From: an uncultured Methanosarcinales archaeon
GTDB lineage: Archaea; Nanobdellota; Nanobdellia; Woesearchaeales; DATGWN01
DNA: 57,803 nt
NCBI GenBank assembly: GCA_964557345.1
Contig: CAZKZU010000004.1
Location: 1 to 57,803, forward strand
Direction: 5' to 3'
Shown here piece after piece: positions 1 to 8,127 of this stretch. The translations under genes were made by a program, and so were the position numbers. Below the pieces are notes generated by a model, which was given only the letters and a program-made list of their open reading frames with translations, had not been told where the DNA came from and ran no database searches. Position 1 is the stretch's first letter; each line of letters begins with the position of its first letter.

Positions 1-506
1 AATGGGAAGACACAGGCATTTTCAAGTTCTTTGAAGCATTCCCTCAAGAGTTCTTTAAACATTCAGATGCATACTTCAACACTTGCTCCGAGGTAGCGCA
101 GAAGTATCCCGTTCGAGAAGTATTAGATTATCCATATCTAACTTCTTGGGCGGATACTGAACGCGATCTTTCTGCATGGATTGGAAATAAAATACAAAAT
201 TCAGCAATTCAAGATTTATTTAAAATGGAACAAATTGTTAAAGAAGCCAAAAATGAACTTTTGATTGAAGATTGGAGGAAGCTTACTACTTCAGATCATT
301 TCTATTATATGTGTACTAAGTACTTTAACGATGGAGATGTGCACAAATACTTCAATCCGTACGATAGTCCGTATGATTCATTTATTGCATTTATGAATGT
401 TCTGCGGGATATTAAAATTAGAGCAGATGTAATTAATAAATTGAACATTAAGACAAAAATATTAGGCAATAAAAGTAGTTTACAAATAGGTGACAAAAAA
501 AAATGA
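1..506 (+). CDS. Glycoside hydrolase family 57 (alpha-amylase-like), C-terminal part; 5'-truncated by the window edge
   Basis: The frame is open from position 3 (WEDTGIFKFFEAFP...SWADTERDLSAWIGN...WRKLTTSDHFYYMCTKYFNDGDVHKYFNPYDSPYD). These are GH57 signature motifs. Confidence 0.9.
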   Translation, partial: WEDTGIFKFFEAFPQEFFKHSDAYFNTCSEVAQKYPVREVLDYPYLTSWADTERDLSAWIGNKIQNSAIQDLFKMEQIVKEAKNELLIEDWRKLTTSDHFYYMCTKYFNDGDVHKYFNPYDSPYDSFIAFMNVLRDIKIRADVINKLNIKTKILGNKSSLQIGDKKK

Positions 507-871
507 TGGAAAAACACAGCACTAAATGGAAGTCAATTATAGAAAATACAACACAAAAAATATTAACACAATTGAAAAGTATAAAATCGGATGTCGGAAT
601 AATTAAAAGGTATGCAAATAATGCTAAAGAGGAACAACATTTCTATTTCTTTAATGGAAAAAAAACTAGAAATATCTTTGAATTAATTCTTACAATTAAT
701 GAACTTAGTGATCAGGAATTTCTTAAACATGTTCAAAAAAATAAAAATGATTATTCAGAATGGCTAAAATTTAGTCTTGGAGAAGAAGAACTTGCAAATA
801 AAATTTCAAAAGTTAAAGATAGAAGAAAATGCATTAAAATATTAGTGAGATTTTTAAAATCTCATTTATGA
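503..871 (+). CDS. DUF5752-like protein
   Basis: Pattern FYFFNG...ELI..I......F..HV...KNDYSEW; overlaps the GH57 stop codon. This family is often found near archaeal glycogen genes. Confidence 0.65.
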   Translation: MMEKHSTKWKSIIENTTQKILTQLKSIKSDVGIIKRYANNAKEEQHFYFFNGKKTRNIFELILTINELSDQEFLKHVQKNKNDYSEWLKFSLGEEELANKISKVKDRRKCIKILVRFLKSHL

Positions 872-872
872 G

Positions 873-1145
873 GTGAAAAAGATGAATGAAAAATTAGTAA
901 ATACAGTAAGGCCTTTTGTTTGCCACAATGGGGCACATTTAAATTCTGTTAAAGATTTGGCATTAGCACTTGAAGATATGGATGAAAATGTCTATAGATA
1001 TCACGTCACTGAAAATAAAAATGATTTTGCAACATGGATTTCAGAAACTGTTGTAGAAAAAAATCTAGCTGAAAAAATCGGCAAGATTAAAAATAGAAAT
1101 GAAATGAAATATCAAATAATGAAATACATATTGGTTTCACTTTAA
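873..1145 (+). CDS. DUF5752-like protein (paralog of the upstream gene)
   Basis: PFVCHNG..LNSVKDL...L......Y.YHVTENKNDFATWI. Confidence 0.7.
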   Translation: MKKMNEKLVNTVRPFVCHNGAHLNSVKDLALALEDMDENVYRYHVTENKNDFATWISETVVEKNLAEKIGKIKNRNEMKYQIMKYILVSL

Positions 1146-1214
1146 TAACTTAGATTATAAAAATATAGATACAATATTTATTTATTTTTTACTTTCATTT
1201 ATATTTAGTAGCTC

Positions 1215-1643
1215 TTATTTTAATCCATAAAATAACTTTATACATTCATCTTGAATCAGATTCATTTTTAACGAATTTTTTGGGGAAGCCCAAACATAAT
1301 CTTTGTGTTCTTTTAGGTTTATTGTTATTTCTGGCTTTTTCTTTAAAACTAAATGAAATATGTGATATGTAAAGTCATAAGTAGAATAACGCACATAAAC
1401 TTTGCCAAAATATGTAACATTATCTTTTGATGCATCGTAATTAGTTTCTTCTTTAATTTCTCTTATAATTGCAGCAGTTGCACTTTCTCCTTCGTCAATT
1501 TTTCCTGCAGGAACGCCTAAAGTATTACCTTCAGCCTTATGATCTTGTCGATGAAGTAGAAGAATTTCCCCATTATGTTCCATGAAACAGCTAACTATTT
1601 CAAATTTAGGATTAAAGTCTTTTGGTACAGATTCGTAAATCAT
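1215..1643 (-). CDS. NUDIX hydrolase
   Basis: Nudix box PAGKIDEGESATAAIIREIKEET. Confidence 0.9.
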   Translation of the reverse strand: MIYESVPKDFNPKFEIVSCFMEHNGEILLLHRQDHKAEGNTLGVPAGKIDEGESATAAIIREIKEETNYDASKDNVTYFGKVYVRYSTYDFTYHIFHLVLKKKPEITINLKEHKDYVWASPKNSLKMNLIQDECIKLFYGLK

Positions 1644-1711
1644 AAGTTTAAAAGAATATGTTGGTTAAAAAAGGTTTCTAAAAGTTTAAACTATATTTTT
1701 TAATAATTTAT

Positions 1712-2848
1712 TTATTCTAATACGGTTTTTGCAATAGCTAATCCAACAATATTTTTTTGATAACCGATATCTCGAAGTAAAGATGCGGTACATCTCATTG
1801 CAGTTCCAGTTGTTATAACGTCGTCAAGTAGAATAATATTATCTACGCTTAAATCTAAATTATATGCTGGATCTGCGGAGTTAACTAGTATACCTAATGT
1901 GCCAATATTTTTATTTCCCCCTCTAATTCCTGTTGTATGCGCTTCAGGAACTGGTTTTAATCTATAGATATTTCTGCCTGGACTTTTATCATTCAATAAA
2001 TAGGCAATTCGGTAATTAAGATCAGTAAGATATGCATATTCAGGAAGAGAGTTAGGTAAACCAATAACTCTTGTTGATCCTTTTAGATCTAGCGATTTAA
2101 TTTTATCAATAATTTGATTGTATAGTAAATTAACCGAAGGTAATAAGACTGCACCACTTTTTATTCTTCCATTGTAATAATAAGCGTCAGTTTGATTTTT
2201 TTGTATTTCATCCCAGGAATGGTCTTTTACTTTTTTATAAGCTAGTATAATTCGAGACCCAGATAAATCAAATTTTGGACTTCCCCATCGATAATAATCT
2301 CTTATATGGTGAACTGGAATATCAGTTGAATTCAATCTGTTTAAAATAACATGATTTTCAATTTTAAATGGAACATAAGATAAATTTTGTGAAAGTATAT
2401 TCTCTAATTCACTTGAATTTTTTGCTATTGCATTTGGTTGTGCCTTATTTATTTGTGCTTCTGGAAAAAATGAGCCTTCAGTAATTATTATGCTTGGTAT
2501 TTTTTGTTCATGTGCAAATAACGCATCAAGTGGCTCATCTCCAATAAATATAGAATTTTTATCTAGTCGTAGATGAGAACAAGGTTTACTCGCACTTCCA
2601 AATACAGACACATTTGGAAGATTGTGCTTTTTCATCATAGCCAGTGCATAATCCTCAGGACTATTTGTCACAATAACTGCATCATTTTTTAATTCTTGTA
2701 AAAGATTATGAATTCCAGGACTAATAATATTAGTTTTTACAGAGTTAGGATTAGCTATCAAGAAAGCTTTTCCTGCAGCATTTTTCATGTATGGTCTTAA
2801 GTGTCGAGTATTAATTAGAGTACCATCTAAATCAAAATAATATTTCAT
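1712..2848 (-). CDS. HAD hydrolase + phosphoribosyltransferase (ComF-like) fusion; ShosT-like toxin
   Basis: N-terminal HAD motifs FDLDGTL, VTN, KP and IGD; C-terminal PRPP-binding motif IILLDDVITTGTAM. Confidence 0.8.
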   Translation of the reverse strand: MKYYFDLDGTLINTRHLRPYMKNAAGKAFLIANPNSVKTNIISPGIHNLLQELKNDAVIVTNSPEDYALAMMKKHNLPNVSVFGSASKPCSHLRLDKNSIFIGDEPLDALFAHEQKIPSIIITEGSFFPEAQINKAQPNAIAKNSSELENILSQNLSYVPFKIENHVILNRLNSTDIPVHHIRDYYRWGSPKFDLSGSRIILAYKKVKDHSWDEIQKNQTDAYYYNGRIKSGAVLLPSVNLLYNQIIDKIKSLDLKGSTRVIGLPNSLPEYAYLTDLNYRIAYLLNDKSPGRNIYRLKPVPEAHTTGIRGGNKNIGTLGILVNSADPAYNLDLSVDNIILLDDVITTGTAMRCTASLLRDIGYQKNIVGLAIAKTVLE

Positions 2849-2854
2849 AATGTT

Positions 2855-3712
2855 TTATTTTGCACCCCGTATTAAGCCATGATCTTCCCAATTGTAATTA
2901 TTTGTCCAAGTTATTTCTGGAATGAAATTTCCTCTCATCGCATAAAGTGGTCTTCCAAAATTTTGGGCTTCATGAATTGCATTTTGAGTTCCACCTTTAT
3001 CTAAAGTTTTAATAACTAAAACTCCTTTATTTGCAAGTGCAACAGTTGTTTGATTTCGTTTTTTGAAATTTAGTGGTTGATGAAATCTATAATCTAAAAA
3101 TCGATCTATTCCAATTGGAAATTGACTTATTAGTAAATGATCTCTAGCGATAGTTTCTTGTAATTCTTCATTTTCTTTTGGATAATACTTGTTTATTGGT
3201 GTACCAAGTACTGCAATTGTACCAGTAGAAAGTCCAGCTCTATGAGCAAGAGTATCACATCCTAATGCTAATCCACTAACTATAACATAATTCTTTTTTA
3301 CTATTTGAGCTAATACATTATTTGCATCTTTTAATTCGTTTTCTGATAAAGGAGCTCTTGTTCCAACTACAGCAATTGAATCACGTTTTGTTAAATCCAA
3401 ATTTCCACGATAATATATTACAGGAGTTGTTTCTGCTCTTAATTTTAGAAAAGAAGGGTAATTGTCATCGTTAATTGTTGCAAATTTGTATTCTAAATCT
3501 AGTTTTTCTATATACTTTTCTGCTTTTTTTAGTTTTTCCGCTATATCTTCAGACGGAGGAGTTATTTTGAGTTCTTTATATGCTGATTCAAAACTACCAT
3601 ATTTAGTAAGTAAAAATCTTAGATCATGATTGTTTTTTATTGTTGCAATAGTTTGAGGTTTAGAACAAGCTAATATTGCAAGATGAAAATAAGTTTCAGT
3701 TTTAAAATCCAT
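2855..3712 (-). CDS. DprA/Smf (SLOG) family protein; ShosA-like
   Basis: YP..L...P.V.YYRGN, IAVVGTR, IVSGLALGCDTLAH, YYPKEN..LQ, F..RN and GGT motifs. No C-terminal wHTH. Confidence 0.9.
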   Translation of the reverse strand: MDFKTETYFHLAILACSKPQTIATIKNNHDLRFLLTKYGSFESAYKELKITPPSEDIAEKLKKAEKYIEKLDLEYKFATINDDNYPSFLKLRAETTPVIYYRGNLDLTKRDSIAVVGTRAPLSENELKDANNVLAQIVKKNYVIVSGLALGCDTLAHRAGLSTGTIAVLGTPINKYYPKENEELQETIARDHLLISQFPIGIDRFLDYRFHQPLNFKKRNQTTVALANKGVLVIKTLDKGGTQNAIHEAQNFGRPLYAMRGNFIPEITWTNNYNWEDHGLIRGAK

Positions 3713-3786
3713 TATTAAGAGTAATTATTTTATATTTTTAAAGTGTGTGTCTTTTAATTCGAAAATTTGTATTTAAATTTTATCAT

Positions 3787-4791
3787 TCAGACCTTTTTAA
3801 TAGTTTCCGGATACATAATATCGACAATATAAATAGCTAAATTTCTTGATTTTCCTTTATCTGGGAACATATGCATTTTAATTCCTGGAACGGTATTTAC
3901 TTCTAATATTCTATACATGCTTGGAGTTTGCGGTAATAATATGTCTTTTGTCATGAAATCTATTCCAGCATATGGAAGGCCATGAAATTGTTTTAATGCT
4001 TTTTTTGCTATCTCTAATACTGAGGGATGAATCTTATCAGTAAAGTCTTCACACGTGCCTCCATGAGCAACATTAGAATTATGTCTTAGATATATTTTTT
4101 CGCCTGATTTTGGCACATACGATAAATCAATTTGACTTTTGGCAAGGTATTTTATTACTACGTCATCTAGTTGTATTGGACAAAGAGAGGTCTTTTTAGG
4201 ATCACGTTTTTTTGTTTCAATATTTGCAAGTGTTTTAATATTGTGCTTTCCATCACCAATAATATGGCTTGGATCTCTATGTAAAACTGCATAATCTCCT
4301 TTTTTTGTTACAAACACACGATATTCTTTTCCTTCGAATTGTTCTTCAACCAAAAATGGCCGTTTCCCTATAGAAGATACAACACTATCAATCCCTGCTT
4401 TAACATCACAAAGATTTTCTAAATCCATGTTTACATCATTTCCATGAGATCCAAATACTGGCTTGACGACAATTGGAAAACCTAAACTTTGTGCATATAT
4501 CAATGCATCATCAATGTCATCCTTATTAAATTGCATTCCTTTAACTACGCTAATCCCAGCATGTTGCAATATTAATTTTGTTTTATATTTATCACCAGCT
4601 ATAACAGATGCCGGATATGGATTAATAGAAGAATCCCTATCTAAAATAAATTCTTTGTGCCCTTTGAATTTTGCTTCTAACCATTCTTCTTTTAGTGAAA
4701 TTACTTTTACATCAACGTTTCTTCTTTGAAGCTCTAATACAAGTAATCTTTGATTCGTGTGCAATTCCGCCAATTGTTTTTTGTTCAACAT
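3787..4791 (-). CDS. ATP-grasp ligase (cyanophycin-synthetase/GshF-type ATP-grasp domain, stand-alone)
   Basis: DKYKTK, PIVVKPVFGSHG, EEQFEGKEYR, IGDGK, SNVAHGG, YAGIDFM, ILEVNTVPG. Confidence 0.88.
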   Translation of the reverse strand: MLNKKQLAELHTNQRLLVLELQRRNVDVKVISLKEEWLEAKFKGHKEFILDRDSSINPYPASVIAGDKYKTKLILQHAGISVVKGMQFNKDDIDDALIYAQSLGFPIVVKPVFGSHGNDVNMDLENLCDVKAGIDSVVSSIGKRPFLVEEQFEGKEYRVFVTKKGDYAVLHRDPSHIIGDGKHNIKTLANIETKKRDPKKTSLCPIQLDDVVIKYLAKSQIDLSYVPKSGEKIYLRHNSNVAHGGTCEDFTDKIHPSVLEIAKKALKQFHGLPYAGIDFMTKDILLPQTPSMYRILEVNTVPGIKMHMFPDKGKSRNLAIYIVDIMYPETIKKV

Positions 4792-4794
4792 TTC

Positions 4795-5316
4795 TTAATT
4801 TCTAGACTCACTACTAGTATTTCTACTTTCAGATGAAGTATTCTTTGGAGTTTTCACATATTTTACTTGTTGCCTACTTTCAGATGCGTCAACTCTACTT
4901 TCTGAAGATGAAACTTTTTTAATTGAAACTACTACGGGGCTACTTTCAGATGGTTCTCTTGATTCACTTGAAACTGTTGGAGCTTTAGCATATCCTTTTT
5001 TTGGCAAGTGCGGAATTTTTCCTTGATACATATCTTCATGTAAAATAATTTTATCAATGCCAGCATAAGGTTGAATTTTGATTAATCTTCCAAGAGGATT
5101 TGGTAAATCATCTAATCTACTTCTGATATGACTTGCATCATAACCATTAGCTCCGATTCCCTTATCTAATCCAAAAACGTGAAGTGTTGTTCCTTTTTTC
5201 TCTACCCAATATTTAGTAGTTTCTCTTAAATATAAAGGCATATTCGTTACAAAGTCTACACATGCAGCTATATCTTTTGCACCATATTGTGCAACTAATT
5301 CAAATAATTGTTTCAT
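4795..5316 (-). CDS. Small protein with C-terminal repeated SES(R) motifs; candidate multi-core precursor peptide
   Basis: The C-terminal ~60 aa contain VSSESR, PSESS, SSSESR, ASESR, TSSESRN and TSSESRN*. A GGAGG Shine-Dalgarno lies upstream, and the stop is 3 bp from the ATP-grasp start. Confidence 0.6.
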   Translation of the reverse strand: MKQLFELVAQYGAKDIAACVDFVTNMPLYLRETTKYWVEKKGTTLHVFGLDKGIGANGYDASHIRSRLDDLPNPLGRLIKIQPYAGIDKIILHEDMYQGKIPHLPKKGYAKAPTVSSESREPSESSPVVVSIKKVSSSESRVDASESRQQVKYVKTPKNTSSESRNTSSESRN

Positions 5317-5346
5317 TTTTTTCCTCCTATTAATAACTATAATAAT

Positions 5347-6318
5347 TTATTTTTGTAGTATTACTACTGCATCTTTTTGATCGGGAATTACTCCTTTAAA
5401 CATTAATTCGCTATAATCCATCCTCAAAGATGAAAAGATTTCTTTCCTTTTTTTCGGAATGTCAATTCCTGATCTGAACCAAGTATCTTTGTCCGAAGAA
5501 GTTCTTGCATTATATATGTATGCTGCGCAAATAATTCCATTAGGTTTTAAACATTTTTTTAAAGGTTTAATTGCAAAATTTGCAAAAGCCGTTAAATGGT
5601 CATTATACATCGGATACATGTATTCTGCATAATCTGCTATATTTGAAAGTAATATAACATCAAATTTTTTATCTAAACTTCTAGAAAGTTGTTCTAATTT
5701 TTGACATTGCCATTCTGTTTTTCTTAAATTTTGGCTCGCTTGTAGGTAGGACTGTGCAGAATGAAGATATAAATTACTTGATAATGAACCTGCATTGTCG
5801 TTGGTTGTGTCATTTTTAAACAAAGGAGAACTTCTCATTGATGCGCCATAATTATTAAAGAAATTATATGCTGTATCCCAAAAATTAGCACAAAGTACCG
5901 TCAAATCATTTTTAATCGAAAGGTATGCGTCATGATGAAATGCATCTTCTCCCTTTAAAAAAAAGCTTAAATAATCTTGATAAGAAAATCTCTGCAATCC
6001 CACTATTTTCAATTCAGTAATAAATGCAGATAATCGATTTGAATCAAAACTCATCACTTCTTTTGCTTTTAATAAATGTGAATTAATGATTTGATCTCCG
6101 GATGCACTTACTGTTAAAATACTTTTATCCCTAATATCTAATAGCGGAAAATATCCTGCTAAATTTTCTGTTGCAAATGGATATATGGCACTATGTTCTG
6201 AAAACTTTTTTTCTAAAAGGTTTATTTCAAAATCATCATCAAATAACTGTTTGAATCTAATACGGGCTAATTCAGAATCTTTAAGATCAATTCCCTTAAG
6301 CCAGCTTTTTTGTTTCAT
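5347..6318 (-). CDS. DUF3419/BtaA-like class I SAM-dependent transferase (methyl- or 3-amino-3-carboxypropyl transferase)
   Basis: YPFATENL..Y, ILTVSASGDQ, FDSN and FDVILLSNIADY. Start placed at ATG 6318, an ATGA overlap with the upstream stop. Confidence 0.65.
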   Translation of the reverse strand: MKQKSWLKGIDLKDSELARIRFKQLFDDDFEINLLEKKFSEHSAIYPFATENLAGYFPLLDIRDKSILTVSASGDQIINSHLLKAKEVMSFDSNRLSAFITELKIVGLQRFSYQDYLSFFLKGEDAFHHDAYLSIKNDLTVLCANFWDTAYNFFNNYGASMRSSPLFKNDTTNDNAGSLSSNLYLHSAQSYLQASQNLRKTEWQCQKLEQLSRSLDKKFDVILLSNIADYAEYMYPMYNDHLTAFANFAIKPLKKCLKPNGIICAAYIYNARTSSDKDTWFRSGIDIPKKRKEIFSSLRMDYSELMFKGVIPDQKDAVVILQK

Positions 6319-7355
6319 CTTTTTCTCACCGGACAACCAAAATATCCTTGATGTTTTAAGCTGTCTACATTATCAAGATGAAGTTTTATAGATGGAGAAT
6401 TTAATACTTCTTCAAATGATGCTTGTTTTAATGTTAATTTTGATTTGTATGCAGGCTTTTCTTCAACTAGCCAACTACAAGGAGAAATTTGTCCTATATT
6501 GTTTATGAAAAGTAATTTTTGTATACCAGGGCAAGTTTTATTGTTACAAGTACTACTAGTATTTGGATCTTGAACTACACTTTCAGTAAAACTATGAGAT
6601 ACTTTTATTTTGCCTGAATATGTTTTCGCTAACTGTTCTATTTCGGATTTCAAACTTTCTGATGGTCGCATAGAGATTCTTGGATCATATTTTTTCATAT
6701 TTCCTGATGGATCCATGTATGAGAAAACTATCTCTCTTACCCCCAGATTTGCAACAGATTCGATAGTATCTTGAATGTGATTTTCACTTCCTCTGAAAAT
6801 TAATGAACCAATTCTGACATATATTCCTTCGTCAACAAGATATTTTACACCCCTGATTGTTCTTTCATAAGTGTTTTTGTTTCTAACTGATTCATGAACT
6901 CCTTGATTATGGCCATCAATACTCGAATGCACCATTTTAAGTTTTAATGCTGATAACATTTTTGCTTTTTCAGGAGTTATTAGTGATGCATTAGTTGAAA
7001 GATCTGAAATAAATGCTAACTCATTTGCTTTTTCAAGAATTTGAAATAAATCTTTTCTAATAAATGGTTCTCCTCCAGTAAATTTAATATGTGAGAATCC
7101 TTTTGCTTTCAGTCCTTCAAGTGTTGAAAACATTTCCTCTGTAGTTAATTCTTCTTCTGGTTTTGAATGAGTAATACTAAATCCGCAGTAATCGCAAGTA
7201 TAATTACATCGATCAGTTAATTCCCAGACAACACGTCCTCCAGTTTCTGGAATTCTAAATACGCAGAATGGATATCTTGCTATTTCTTTATCTTGCAAAT
7301 TATTTCCATTTTGATTTTGCAATTGATTATTTTTTTGATTTTGTTGGTCTATCAT
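6315..7355 (-). CDS. Radical SAM protein with C-terminal SPASM/twitch-like cysteines
   Basis: CNYTCDYC (CX3CX2C), FTGGEPF, STNA and SIDG; C-terminal CPG...I...GQISPC...GCP. Confidence 0.9.
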   Translation of the reverse strand: MIDQQNQKNNQLQNQNGNNLQDKEIARYPFCVFRIPETGGRVVWELTDRCNYTCDYCGFSITHSKPEEELTTEEMFSTLEGLKAKGFSHIKFTGGEPFIRKDLFQILEKANELAFISDLSTNASLITPEKAKMLSALKLKMVHSSIDGHNQGVHESVRNKNTYERTIRGVKYLVDEGIYVRIGSLIFRGSENHIQDTIESVANLGVREIVFSYMDPSGNMKKYDPRISMRPSESLKSEIEQLAKTYSGKIKVSHSFTESVVQDPNTSSTCNNKTCPGIQKLLFINNIGQISPCSWLVEEKPAYKSKLTLKQASFEEVLNSPSIKLHLDNVDSLKHQGYFGCPVRKR

Positions 7356-7386
7356 TTTCTGTGCTTATTTTATATAACTTTTCTAT

Positions 7387-8127
7387 TTAATTTATCGTTG
7401 TAATAATTTTTTCTAATAATCTATGATGAGCTTCTGATTTAGGGTTATTAGTAGTATCAAATGTATAAACATTTCCTTTTTCAAAAATTGCTTGTAGTAA
7501 TCTTAGGCAGAGTATATGAGTATTAAATTTCTTAGAAGAGCTAATGCCTTTTTGTATTTGTGATAAAGTCAAATTACTTGATTGAAGAAGTCTTTTTACT
7601 TGTATATCATAATCACAACTTATAGCTAGATAATTATCATTAGTTAAATTATTAAAACCATCATGCTCATGAAGTGTTGGCCATTCTACAAGGAATAAGC
7701 CAGTTTTGTCTTTTTTAATATTTTGTATATAATCTGAAAAAGGTTTATTCATTACAGTATTGAAAAGCTTTTGAATGTCATAACTACTTTGTGTGTCAAA
7801 AAGAATTTGTCTAAATGCAATTCTATCAATTGATGTGTCTGCTTTTAGTATTTCGGTTCCAACTTCTTTTGCTAATTTTTGACGTATGGGATAGTATTGA
7901 GGATTGTTACTTAATACTTCTATTCTTATATCATCTAATTTTATGTGAGTTACATTTAATTTCAAACTATTTCCTATTTGATAAAGCTGATTACTAGTGT
8001 AGCTTTTTCCACTACCCATTGTTCCAACAACTCCTAACATGTATGTACCACTATTAATTTTTGAAATATAATCCTGTTCAATTGTTTTTCCCAAATCTGT
8101 GAGGCGTACTTTTTTGTTTGCACTCAT
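7387..8127 (-). CDS. Dephospho-CoA-kinase-like P-loop kinase
   Basis: GVVGTMGSGKS Walker A, LDD, IDR..R..LF, VEWPTL.E, Q.KRL. Start at 8127, an ATGA overlap with the upstream gene. Confidence 0.7.
   Translation of the reverse strand: MSANKKVRLTDLGKTIEQDYISKINSGTYMLGVVGTMGSGKSYTSNQLYQIGNSLKLNVTHIKLDDIRIEVLSNNPQYYPIRQKLAKEVGTEILKADTSIDRIAFRQILFDTQSSYDIQKLFNTVMNKPFSDYIQNIKKDKTGLFLVEWPTLHEHDGFNNLTNDNYLAISCDYDIQVKRLLQSSNLTLSQIQKGISSSKKFNTHILCLRLLQAIFEKGNVYTFDTTNNPKSEAHHRLLEKIITTIN

Noticed and set aside
3787-4791. Cyanophycin synthetase or bifunctional glutathione synthetase
   Set aside because: Only the ATP-grasp domain is present. There is no Mur-ligase domain, cyanophycinase or gamma-glutamylcysteine ligase domain.
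4798-4975. CTACTTTCAGATG repeats as a CRISPR-like array
   Set aside because: They are too short, irregularly spaced, in frame and synonymously variable, so they are protein repeats. No CRISPR array or cas genes were seen in the window.
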